A stretch of 43,151 bases of DNA from Euryarchaeota archaeon UBA105. Its GTDB lineage: Archaea; Thermoplasmatota; Poseidoniia; Poseidoniales; Thalassarchaeaceae. The DNA lies in NCBI GenBank assembly GCA_002496905.1, contig DALV01000102.1, positions 1-43,151 on the forward strand, given 5' to 3'. Under the pieces are notes generated by a model. It was not told the origin of the DNA. It saw only the letters and a program-made list of their open reading frames with translations, and searched no databases. Positions 16,188 to 25,033 of this stretch are shown here, piece after piece. Within the stretch, counting starts at the first letter, position 1, and each line of letters begins with the position of its first letter. A program made the translations under genes and the position numbers.

Positions 16188-18567
16188 AGGATGGATCCTT
16201 GATTGTCATTTAGATATCAAAACCGAATGTATGAGTTTATGGATTAAAAAAGACGAGGGGGGAGTTCAACAGATCCTAATGCCATGGTCATTCACGATAC
16301 ATGTTCATGGAGAATCGCACAGATTAGATGAACTAGGTAGAGCCCTTTCTAGACCTGAATACCAACGTCCATTTGGAGCACTATCATTGAGATGGGAAAG
16401 GCATCGTACCTCACATGAATCACAAAAAGAAGTGGAAGTCCTTGCGGTTAGTTTGCAGAAACCATCGAAGATAAGAAAAATTGCAGAGATGATTGATGCA
16501 AATGGCTCATGGCAAAATTTCGAGCTTTTTTCCGTTGACCCCAAAATCACTCAGAAATTTTTGTTAGACCTCAAAACCCATCCTTTTGGAAGGGTGAAGA
16601 TAATTGGGAACCAAATTTTTCCCTTAGATACAAGAGACGAAGTTGATTGGCAACTTCCACCTCTTAGAATCATCGAACTCGATGTTTGTTGCCTAGATGT
16701 AAATGGTAAAAGAAAGGCTAGCGCACCAATTTCTAGTATCACAATAGTTGACAAGGGAGTAATTAATTGCGAAAGCAAATCATTCAGTCAAACTTTGGTT
16801 GCCAACGCATATACTTGCTCTGCCCATATGTTAGATGATTTCCACAGTAAAATGGAGGAAATTGACCCCGACATTGTAATCACCCATGATGGAGATAATG
16901 TCGACATTCCTGCATTGATTAGACTTGCCGAGAAGTCGGGGGTGAAATTGAATATTAGTAGAAATGGAAGAGGAAGTAAACCTCTTTCTCAAGAACGTGT
17001 GGCTTGGAGCTATGGCCGACTTCTGAGAAAGGAAGCGTACCATTCCTTAGAAGGACGATTACACATTGACATGGGGCGCTCTTTCATAGGCAAAGAAGGT
17101 GGGATTGAGGGATTAATAGAATTATCAAGAACTTCGGGATTACCAGCAGCGGACCTCTCAAGATTATCACCAGGTTCAGCAATTTCCGCTATGCAAATTC
17201 GACAATCGATTGAAGATGGAGTATTGATTCCTTGGAAAAAGAATAGGCCAGAAGATATGAAAGATGCTGAACAAATAATGTTGGCTGATCGGGGTGGACT
17301 ATACTTAGACCCAATTGTTGGTGTGCATCAAGGTGTTATTGAACTAGATTTTGCGAGTTTATTCCCCAGCATAATTGCAACGAGAAACATTAGCCCTGAA
17401 ACTATGAATTGTTTGTGCTGTAATCTAGATTCGGACTATTCAAGAAAAGATGGGAGATTATCGTTGAATGTCAAAATAGCCGCTGCTGAAATTCAAAAAA
17501 GACAAAAAAATAATGAAAATTTGAAATTAGTAGTACCCGAGCTTGGATTACATGTCTGTACGAAAAGGCATGGATTCCTAGGTAGAGTGGTAGCACCTAT
17601 AATTGAAAGACGGAATGTATTGAAAGAAAAAAGGCAGAACAAAGGAGACGTTTGGGATAGAAGACAAAATGTTCTGAAGTGGATCTTAGTAACTTGTTTT
17701 GGCTATACGGGGTATCGAAATGCTCGCTTTGGTAGAATTGAATGCCATGAGGCCATTTGCGCTTGGTCTCGTGAAATACTCTTGACCACTATTGAAGAAG
17801 CAAACAAAGAAGGATGGGATTGTATACACGCTATAGTTGACGCTATTTGGATTAAAGATAGAAATAATCGAAGCGAGGGAGAAAAGCGAGATTCATACCA
17901 ACGTTTGATGGCTAGAATTGAAGCATTGGTTGGCATACCTCTTGAACTAGAACATGAATATGATTGGATTGCATTCATCCCAAATCGAACTACAGGAGTT
18001 GGTGCACTAACCAAATATTATGCAAAGATAGGAAATGAGTGGAAGGTTAGAGGGATTGAATTACGCCAGCATTCAACATGTGAATGGATAAGACAATTAC
18101 AAGAAGGCATGATGGAAGATTTAGCGAAGGATCCATTCGGAATTGGGCCAGAAATCGCGTCTCAACGTGTTGAAGATGAAATTTCTCGTATGAAGAGAGG
18201 AGAAGTGCCATTGAGTCAATTGATAGTAGGTAGAAGAGTACGATATGAAACTGGCAATCATCGTGTAATGAATCTGACAGCGGCGGCTCTTCTCCGTGCC
18301 CGAGCGCTAGAACAAACTGCCCCTCCTGGAAGGAAGGTTCGTTTTGCCGTAACAGGTTGGAAAAGAGAACAGCCTGCCGGCAGGGTGCGATTACAATCAG
18401 AAATAGAGTCAGGAACGAATTCTATTTCTGGAGAAAAAGGAGACGCAGAATTCTATACTCCACTAGCCGTTCGAGCCGCCACTTCCATACTATCTCCCTT
18501 TGGTTGGAATGAAGATGTTGTAGCTGCAGACTCGATGAGGCAATCTAGTCTAGAGGTTTGGATGTGA
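16180..18567 (+). CDS. polB: Family B DNA polymerase (divergent; degenerate Exo and Pol motifs)
   Basis: Motif A is DFASLFPSII. The motif B region is RRQNVLKWILVTCFGYTGY, and ECHEAICAWSRE follows it. Motif C is the degenerate HAIVDAIW. A TKYYAK motif is present, and the C-terminus is the typical archaeal PolB SILSPFGW...LEVW. Confidence 0.9.
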   Translation: MDEGWILDCHLDIKTECMSLWIKKDEGGVQQILMPWSFTIHVHGESHRLDELGRALSRPEYQRPFGALSLRWERHRTSHESQKEVEVLAVSLQKPSKIRKIAEMIDANGSWQNFELFSVDPKITQKFLLDLKTHPFGRVKIIGNQIFPLDTRDEVDWQLPPLRIIELDVCCLDVNGKRKASAPISSITIVDKGVINCESKSFSQTLVANAYTCSAHMLDDFHSKMEEIDPDIVITHDGDNVDIPALIRLAEKSGVKLNISRNGRGSKPLSQERVAWSYGRLLRKEAYHSLEGRLHIDMGRSFIGKEGGIEGLIELSRTSGLPAADLSRLSPGSAISAMQIRQSIEDGVLIPWKKNRPEDMKDAEQIMLADRGGLYLDPIVGVHQGVIELDFASLFPSIIATRNISPETMNCLCCNLDSDYSRKDGRLSLNVKIAAAEIQKRQKNNENLKLVVPELGLHVCTKRHGFLGRVVAPIIERRNVLKEKRQNKGDVWDRRQNVLKWILVTCFGYTGYRNARFGRIECHEAICAWSREILLTTIEEANKEGWDCIHAIVDAIWIKDRNNRSEGEKRDSYQRLMARIEALVGIPLELEHEYDWIAFIPNRTTGVGALTKYYAKIGNEWKVRGIELRQHSTCEWIRQLQEGMMEDLAKDPFGIGPEIASQRVEDEISRMKRGEVPLSQLIVGRRVRYETGNHRVMNLTAAALLRARALEQTAPPGRKVRFAVTGWKREQPAGRVRLQSEIESGTNSISGEKGDAEFYTPLAVRAATSILSPFGWNEDVVAADSMRQSSLEVWM

Positions 18568-19304
18568 CGGAATTCCAGAAGTGAGGTTTGACCAAATGGC
18601 AATTGTGCCCAAATCATTTCCCTATCAAGAGACAAAAGGTGTAATCTCTTTCTTGCCAAACCACGATTAGATTTTTTCGAAAGTGGTTCACCAACCCTCA
18701 GTATATCATCTGCAAATTGTCTCAGAATCTCGCGTATATCCTTGCTTAACGGTGGTGATGAATTACGACTTGATGTGAGAATCACCAAAGAATTCGAATC
18801 TTTACTAATATCCTTACATCGTTGAAGTGTTGCCTTCAACAAAGAGCGCCCTTCCGATTTCTTAAGTTGAGTATCCATAAACATCCTAGGTATTTGTGAA
18901 ATTACGATAATTCTCCCCTCAATCATTCTATTCGGTGAATCTTTTGATTTGGCTTCATTAGATAGTCTTTGAATAATCGACGCTGTTTGATGAGCTGTGA
19001 AACCACGGCATATATGGAAATTAGACAAGGCTTGACGATTTTTACAACCTCGTATTCGCAACAAAGGAAGAAGAGGAGAGGGGTCGAATGCCATCCCTCC
19101 ATCAATCCAATGCACTGGTCTAGATTCAGACAAATCGTTAGCAACCATTCGCAATAGTGCACCTTGGAATTCCTTTCTATCTTGATCAATAAGAAGAACA
19201 GAGGGTGCCATTGGTTTTGGTAATACTAGATCTATTGCTGAATCACCCCAAGAAATACTCGTTAGCCGAGACATAGGCAGAAGGCAATGCAAATCACCTA
19301 TCAA
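18453..19304 (-). CDS. RecA/RadB-fold-like protein lacking Walker A/B motifs (hypothetical)
   Basis: The layout is collinear with RadB: [VLLIDQDRKEFQGALLRMV] where G-x4-GK[ST] is expected, then VHWIDGGMAFDPSPLL (compare V-Y-I-D-T-E-G-x-F-S-P-E-R-L), then RIIVISQI where hhhhD is expected. An alternative start is ATG 19274. The 3' end overlaps polB by 115 nt. Confidence 0.5.
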   Translation of the reverse strand: MIGDLHCLLPMSRLTSISWGDSAIDLVLPKPMAPSVLLIDQDRKEFQGALLRMVANDLSESRPVHWIDGGMAFDPSPLLPLLRIRGCKNRQALSNFHICRGFTAHQTASIIQRLSNEAKSKDSPNRMIEGRIIVISQIPRMFMDTQLKKSEGRSLLKATLQRCKDISKDSNSLVILTSSRNSSPPLSKDIREILRQFADDILRVGEPLSKKSNRGLARKRLHLLSLDREMIWAQLPFGQTSLLEFRHIQTSRLDCLIESAATTSSFQPKGDSMEVAARTASGV

Positions 19305-19351
19305 TCAGCCAACGAGAGAGAGGTATTGAATCGGTTAGTGAAAGTAATAAT

Positions 19352-21373
19352 TCACAATAATTGAGATTCATCTTCTTCGTTTGTAGGTTGATTTTGTTTA
19401 ATTGGTTTAGGATTGGATGTAGGCATTAATGAAATTGCAAGTAAAACAAAAATCACCATGATTGCATTGCTAGGTTGAACGAGCCAAGAAAGAGGGCTAT
19501 TGCCATTGAATGATGATTGTGCAGTAAGCGTAACAGGAACTCTTTGTTCTAGTCCAAAGGAGTCGACGAAAACGATTTCACCTTCTGCAATCATACCAGG
19601 AGTCAATAATCCATCAGGAACTATGTTCAGGACTATGTCAGGGCATGCTTGTAATTCACCAGCGGTTTTGACTGTGGCTATTCGAGAGAGTGCACCCTCG
19701 ACTGCGATAGAGTATGTTCGTGAACCTTCACCCAAGCAAGAAGTAGATAGTGTGAGCTGGGAGTTTTCATCCCAAGGAATAACCGCAGTAAGGTGTTGCG
19801 AAGTAATCCTATGACCTATGGAATACCAGTCTAAGTCAATTTGCCAATTCTCTTCCCCTTCACAACCAATTGTGCCTCTAAGATATCCTGAACCCTGGGC
19901 CATTTGGTTAGCTGTAGCAAGTTCTATTGTAGATTCTCCCTGCTCAACTGAAACGATTCTTGGGGCGACCCCCTCTGAATTGGTTGAAGTGTAGACGTCG
20001 ATTTCTAATTGACAAGGGGCTTCTGCAAAAACTGTTGCAAAAATTGTTTCTTGTCCGAGAATTTCCAACGGACCTCTAGGAGGTAATACATTGACAGACG
20101 TGGGATTTTCCGGATATTCGAAAATAATTTTTGTCTCTTCAGAATTGATACTCTCAATTGTCGCTGTCCATTGTACCAAACGACCTCGACTATCTCGTAT
20201 TTGCATCCCATTTGCTCCCAATTGATCCCCTTGGGTAAAAGCGTCTCCGGGTGCGCCACTATCTCGGCCTCGTTGCAACGCCGCATCGCCATCCGCTTCG
20301 AGAATTTTCAGCCACGCTTTTTCCGGGTCGGTGTTGACAAGGTTGTTACCTTCATCGCCATTATTTTGATCTTGAATTTCAACAATAACTCCATGGCCGG
20401 GCAGAGCCGAATCGAATCCCGAATTGACTCTAAGTGTGAATCGGACCCATTCATTTGGTGCAATTGGAATTTCAAGGTATGAACCACCTTGAGATATTCC
20501 TCGGATGGTATAATTTGAAAAATTAGGATCTACATGAATACCCCTCTTAACCCCAATTAGGTCAAGAGTAGAGGAGGAGGGCAGGGCAGGTATTGCACCA
20601 TTGCCGTTCCAATTACCACTAGCCATTATACCCCAGTCACCAATACCATTCCAATTACTGGTTGGCAAATCGCTGTGAACATCATACAAATCTAACGCGC
20701 CCATCTGGTGTAGCATTTCATGCACAACTGTGCCTACGCCAGAATGAACTGAAGCGATTGTGAAGTGTTCGACACTCCAATCTCCAATTTCTAATGGTTC
20801 TTGCATTCCTGTGAAATGGCTCCAAAGTGAATCAGTGCCACCATTCATTTCCTGAGGTTGTGCAGAGTGCAGAATGAGAAGTCTGTCAACTACTCCATCC
20901 GAGTTCAAGTCCCAATTGGAAAGGTCAATTCCTTGCAGTTGATCGGAGGCAACATCTCGAAGCAAAGTTTCAGCCCCATTCCCATCTGCACCATGGTCCC
21001 TCTCTCCGGCAACATCTTCACCCCAATTTTTGACCCCTAATGGCGCTTTCCAAACTTCGTCAAATAATGTCACTGATAATGACGAAGACCCAGCAGTCAT
21101 TTGGTCAATGTATTCCTCAGCAGAACCTTCACCGGTTAGAATTTGTGAGGCGGTTGAAGTTGAAAACTGGTTATTTGGAAATTCAACTTGAAGTACCAAC
21201 CATCGTTCATCGGCCTGAACCCCTAATAATGGAAGTCCACTTTCGTCATCATTGGTTACTTGATTTGAGGCCCAATTATCAACCATTTCGGAATTAAAAT
21301 GCACATATATGGCACCTAGTATTAGCAAAGCCACTAGCCCTGCCCTAAGTCCCTTCATACCGATATCGAACAT
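19352..21373 (-). CDS. M6 (immune inhibitor A)-like zinc metalloprotease, membrane anchored
   Basis: VHSGVGTVVHEMLHQMGALDLYD matches the M6 H-E-x-x-H-x-x-G-x-x-D-x-Y-D signature. There is an N-terminal hydrophobic anchor (start chosen at ATG 21373) and a C-terminal TM helix with an acidic tail. Confidence 0.7.
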   Translation of the reverse strand: MFDIGMKGLRAGLVALLILGAIYVHFNSEMVDNWASNQVTNDDESGLPLLGVQADERWLVLQVEFPNNQFSTSTASQILTGEGSAEEYIDQMTAGSSSLSVTLFDEVWKAPLGVKNWGEDVAGERDHGADGNGAETLLRDVASDQLQGIDLSNWDLNSDGVVDRLLILHSAQPQEMNGGTDSLWSHFTGMQEPLEIGDWSVEHFTIASVHSGVGTVVHEMLHQMGALDLYDVHSDLPTSNWNGIGDWGIMASGNWNGNGAIPALPSSSTLDLIGVKRGIHVDPNFSNYTIRGISQGGSYLEIPIAPNEWVRFTLRVNSGFDSALPGHGVIVEIQDQNNGDEGNNLVNTDPEKAWLKILEADGDAALQRGRDSGAPGDAFTQGDQLGANGMQIRDSRGRLVQWTATIESINSEETKIIFEYPENPTSVNVLPPRGPLEILGQETIFATVFAEAPCQLEIDVYTSTNSEGVAPRIVSVEQGESTIELATANQMAQGSGYLRGTIGCEGEENWQIDLDWYSIGHRITSQHLTAVIPWDENSQLTLSTSCLGEGSRTYSIAVEGALSRIATVKTAGELQACPDIVLNIVPDGLLTPGMIAEGEIVFVDSFGLEQRVPVTLTAQSSFNGNSPLSWLVQPSNAIMVIFVLLAISLMPTSNPKPIKQNQPTNEEDESQLL

Positions 21374-21422
21374 CTCCGTTCCCTTGAAGGGAACGGATTG
21401 TTGAATTGTTATCTCTTCAATT

Positions 21423-22529
21423 TCAAGGCAATCTACGATATTCTGCAGAATAAAACTGCAAGGATTGTTTTCTCCAGTTCTGTGAATTAGAATTGACTTC
21501 ATCTAACCAATTTAATCCGTCTAATTCTGTTTGATTAGATTCAATGTAAGAGCGAATGTCTATTGGTAAAGGATATCCATTACATCCTGTGATGGTCAAG
21601 CGAGTTAGTGAATTGCGTTCTACCATTTCTCTCAAAGCCACTTGTTCATTTTGATCTAAACATAGCGCACTTGGTCTTAGGATTGGTATTTTTTGGTGTA
21701 ACCATTTTTCTTCAAATGAAGGGCAGGCGCCCTCACATGAACAGTCAACTAAAGCTATTTTTTGAATAGAACCATCTTTGTCTACAAACTGGGTAAAATC
21801 TGGATTGCGTCGACCCAACGGGCCTTTAGGTACTGTTCGAGATATCAGCTCGGCAGTTACCAGTACAGAAATGGCAATCAAAATTCTAAGGCCCTCGAAA
21901 ATTTCTGGTAGGGTCAAAATTAGTAAACCACCCACAATAGCAAAGACTCGGTTTCTAAATCGACTCCGGCCTTCTTCAACCAAACCAAATAATCTAGAGA
22001 GTGAAAGGAATAGTGTAGAAGTAAATGTAAGAATTAAAATCCAAGAAATACCACTAGCCAAAGCAAATAATTCTGAGGCGTCATATCTCGGTGTGACTGA
22101 AGAAATCGAGTCTAGTTGAATGCCTGCTTCGATGTAATAAGGAATCATACTAAACCATACCCAATACAAAATACTCGGAACAATTATTGCATTCGAAATC
22201 AAGTATGTGTCTAGCCACCTCTTCTCATTAGATAGAAGTCCTGCATTGGCGAAAAATCTCAAATCGAGGGAAAAAAATGGCAGTGAAATGACAGATGCAA
22301 TAATGATTACAGCCATGAATCTCATTTCTATCCAGTCATAGGGACCATAGACAGATAAAGCACCTGAGGGTGATTGAGAAAGGCTCCAATTATTGAGAAT
22401 TGTTTCGACCCAAATTGTTGTGACGGCAGAAGCAATAAGGAATACAAATGTATTTCTTCGAATTAAAGAATGTAAATCTTCCAAATGGCTAGTGACCGGT
22501 TTACGGTCTACTAGACTACTGTTTGCCAT
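21423..22529 (-). CDS. TatC-like membrane protein fused to a C-terminal Cys-rich cytoplasmic domain
   Basis: The N-terminus SHLEDLHSLIRR resembles TatC H-L-x-E-L-R-x-R-L. LLSNEKRW resembles LYKHERR, and TLPEIFEG resembles TPPDVFSQ. About six TM helices appear in TatC-like order. The extra ~130-aa tail contains VDCSCEGACPSF...C...C. Confidence 0.6.
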   Translation of the reverse strand: MANSSLVDRKPVTSHLEDLHSLIRRNTFVFLIASAVTTIWVETILNNWSLSQSPSGALSVYGPYDWIEMRFMAVIIIASVISLPFFSLDLRFFANAGLLSNEKRWLDTYLISNAIIVPSILYWVWFSMIPYYIEAGIQLDSISSVTPRYDASELFALASGISWILILTFTSTLFLSLSRLFGLVEEGRSRFRNRVFAIVGGLLILTLPEIFEGLRILIAISVLVTAELISRTVPKGPLGRRNPDFTQFVDKDGSIQKIALVDCSCEGACPSFEEKWLHQKIPILRPSALCLDQNEQVALREMVERNSLTRLTITGCNGYPLPIDIRSYIESNQTELDGLNWLDEVNSNSQNWRKQSLQFYSAEYRRLP

Positions 22530-22530
22530 A

Positions 22531-23526
22531 TTACATCACGTCGTGGACGGTTGACTCTGCCTTAGCCGAACGCACAGTTCGATACACCCCATATGAGGCC
22601 CAGGCGGCTATGAACCAAGCACATCCAATAACGAAGTCGTGTTGACCGCCATTGGCAGACCAGTCGACTGCAAAGAAGAATGCTATGGCTGCGACTAGTC
22701 CACGCCTAATCCCTTGCGGATAAGCCAATTCCATGGCTAAGTATTCAGGACCTGGGCCATGGCGTCTTTCGAGGATTTCCCGTTGGAAAACGGCACCTAC
22801 GATTAGGGCGGTTAGAGAAGTCCAGTAAAACAGGTTGCCACTTTCAAAGACTCTATCAGAAAGGTTCTTTTGGCGTTCTTTTTCTTTTTCGGACTCACTT
22901 TCTTCAAGGACGAAGAGTGTTTGGTAATCGCCAACAGCAATTGTTCGAGTTTGCAAGGTTGCATCACCATCTCCCACTGCAATAGAACCCGGTGGGTTAA
23001 TGGAAAAAGTCAGGATATTCCAGTAATCATACTCATTTGGAATTCCGTCACCATTAACTGAATTGCCTGCGATGCTGAAGAGTATTATATCTGAATCAGA
23101 TGATGGTGATGTCCAACTGATGGTCCAAACTCCATCACCGGTTTCTGAATGCGAAATTGCATTTGCATCCCCATCGGCTTCTCTAATTTCTTGTGAATCA
23201 TCCCAAGAGAAAGCTCCAGCTCCGTTATCTGTTAGAAGGAATCCTGCTTTGGTGTTACCATCCGCTCCAGCCAGTGTTACAGAATCAGCCACTGTGATTA
23301 CAAACTCGTACACCTGATCTGTTTCGTACATTACAGGGACTCCTGAAACCATAACAACGGCTCTGTCACCCGGACTGGAATAATGACATGTACACCCATA
23401 TTTGGCAGTCTCTTGATTATCTGAATTAAGATATGGTGGACCACCGCTGTTAGCGAATGCTGGTATTGCTAGTAATCCTACTAGGCATAAAGCAACAACG
23501 AGCTTTGTTGAACGCACCATCATCAA
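22531..23526 (-). CDS. Exported beta-rich (Reeler/DOMON-like?) protein with three C-terminal TM helices
   Basis: It has a Sec-type signal peptide. The ectodomain ends ...ILFSIAGNSVNGDGIPNEYDYW, and a GCTCH motif lies near the mature N-terminus. GGAGGT lies upstream of ATG 23523 (the listed start is TTG 23526). The stop is 1 nt from the tatC-like start. Confidence 0.5.
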   Translation of the reverse strand: MMMVRSTKLVVALCLVGLLAIPAFANSGGPPYLNSDNQETAKYGCTCHYSSPGDRAVVMVSGVPVMYETDQVYEFVITVADSVTLAGADGNTKAGFLLTDNGAGAFSWDDSQEIREADGDANAISHSETGDGVWTISWTSPSSDSDIILFSIAGNSVNGDGIPNEYDYWNILTFSINPPGSIAVGDGDATLQTRTIAVGDYQTLFVLEESESEKEKERQKNLSDRVFESGNLFYWTSLTALIVGAVFQREILERRHGPGPEYLAMELAYPQGIRRGLVAAIAFFFAVDWSANGGQHDFVIGCAWFIAAWASYGVYRTVRSAKAESTVHDVM

Positions 23527-23576
23527 GACCTCCTGTTATCCTTGCGCCCTCGTCAAACACATAACCCTTGCTCGTT

Positions 23577-23595
23577 CGCCTCCCCTAGGGAGGCG
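23577..23595 (-). terminator. Perfect 8-bp GC-rich hairpin just downstream of pntB
   Basis: The hairpin is CGCCTCCC-CTA-GGGAGGCG, located 7 nt after the pntB stop. No adjacent T-tract is present, so a terminator function is only a guess. Confidence 0.3.
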
Positions 23596-23602
23596 GTGTA
23601 AT

Positions 23603-25033
23603 CTACAACTCCTTTACTGCGGCATTGAGTTCGTTCATCATCTTCTTTCCATCACCGAATAGCATCATGGTCTTGTCCATGTAAAATAAATCATTGTCTA
23701 CTCCGGCATAGCCAACTGACAAACTTCTCTTGATGATCACAACTGTTCGAGCCATGTCTGCGTCAATTATCGGCATCCCTGCTAATGGACCTTCTTTTGT
23801 TCTAGCAACAGGGTTACAAGTATCATTTGCTCCGATAATTAACGCTATATCTGCCTCTGGCATCTCTGGATTAATTTCATCCATTTCGATTAATTGATCG
23901 TAAGGGACATTTGCCTCGGCCAGTAGAACGTTCATGTGACCAGGCATTCTACCTGCAACTGGGTGAATAGCGTACTTTACCTCTGTGTCAAATTTCTCTG
24001 ATACTAAGTCTGCAAACTCCTTCACTTGGTGTTGACATTGGCTTACAGCCATACCATATCCTGGGACTATGATTACCTTTTGAGCACCATCAACCATCAT
24101 CGCAACTTCGTCTGCATCGCTACCGACCTTTGTGCGAGTTACCTGTTCTTTATCAGAGCCACCAAACGCCTTGAATAGAACATCAATTAGTTCTCTGTTC
24201 ATGGCTTTGCACATGATGAATGTTAGAATTAAACCACTGGCTCCAACTAAGGAGCCAGCGACTATCAAAACACTGTTTGAGATAATGAATCCAGTAAATG
24301 CCGCAGCAATACCAGATAGAGAATTTAGCAACGAGACGACGACCGGCATATCCGCACCACCGATAGGTAATACCAACAATATACCAAGTAGACATGAAAT
24401 TCCAATTATCGCAAATAGGTAATCGGTCTCAGTAGGTTCTTGGATTGACATATAGATTAGCACTAATGTGCTGAGGAATAACAAACCCTTGACGGGATTT
24501 AACCAAGACGGACCCCATGTAGGAGTACGAATCCATTTGCCCAAAATTTCGACGCCGCCCTTGAGTTTTAGCATAGCGAGTAAAGACCCAGTTAGAGTCA
24601 TCCAACCAACCAATGCTGAAAGTCCAGCTGCGACCACCATGACTTCTAGTTCCAAACCTGTTGGGATTTCTAGTGTATCATCCTCGATGTATTTCCAGGA
24701 TTCCGACAGGGCGACCAAAGCTGATGCGGCTCCACCGAATCCATTGAACAAAGCGACCATTTCGGGCATTCCTGTCATTTCGACACGAACGGCCATAATC
24801 CAACCAATTAAACCACCTAGTAGTAATCCGCTGCCAATCAATATCCAGCCTTCAATACCATCTCCTAGTTGCATTTGAAGTACTGTTGTGAGAACTGCAA
24901 CAAGCATCCCCATTGCGCCTAATTGATTTCCACGAGGAGCAGTTCTAGGGTGGGATAATCTCTTCAAGCCGAAGATGAATAGAGTCGCCGAAAGCAGATA
25001 TCCAAGACCAACCCATTGATCATCGATCATCAT
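23603..25033 (-). CDS. pntB: NAD(P) transhydrogenase subunit beta
   Basis: A multi-TM N-terminal half is followed by a dIII NADP(H)-binding domain (VIIVPGYGMAVSQCQH, HPVAGRMPGHMNVLLAEA, GANDTCNP). Confidence 0.95.
   Translation of the reverse strand: MMIDDQWVGLGYLLSATLFIFGLKRLSHPRTAPRGNQLGAMGMLVAVLTTVLQMQLGDGIEGWILIGSGLLLGGLIGWIMAVRVEMTGMPEMVALFNGFGGAASALVALSESWKYIEDDTLEIPTGLELEVMVVAAGLSALVGWMTLTGSLLAMLKLKGGVEILGKWIRTPTWGPSWLNPVKGLLFLSTLVLIYMSIQEPTETDYLFAIIGISCLLGILLVLPIGGADMPVVVSLLNSLSGIAAAFTGFIISNSVLIVAGSLVGASGLILTFIMCKAMNRELIDVLFKAFGGSDKEQVTRTKVGSDADEVAMMVDGAQKVIIVPGYGMAVSQCQHQVKEFADLVSEKFDTEVKYAIHPVAGRMPGHMNVLLAEANVPYDQLIEMDEINPEMPEADIALIIGANDTCNPVARTKEGPLAGMPIIDADMARTVVIIKRSLSVGYAGVDNDLFYMDKTMMLFGDGKKMMNELNAAVKEL

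Noticed and set aside
16180-18567. An intein inside polB (common in archaeal PolB genes)
   Set aside because: At 795 aa with contiguous motif A-B-C spacing there is no extra block, and there is no C/S...HN splice-junction pattern.
15930-19304. The polB region as a casposon or other self-synthesising mobile element
   Set aside because: No cas1, integrase, terminal inverted repeats or target-site duplication is visible. The polymerase has the chromosomal archaeal (RNA-primed) PolB C-terminus rather than protein-primed features. The flanks are housekeeping genes (endA, peptidase).
23383-23394. C-T-C-H near the mature N-terminus of the exported protein as a possible c-type heme attachment site (tempting because ccmE is in the window)
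   Set aside because: The spacing is CxCH, not CxxCH (or the known CX3-4CH/CXXCK variants). No precedent is known to me, so no cytochrome call is made.
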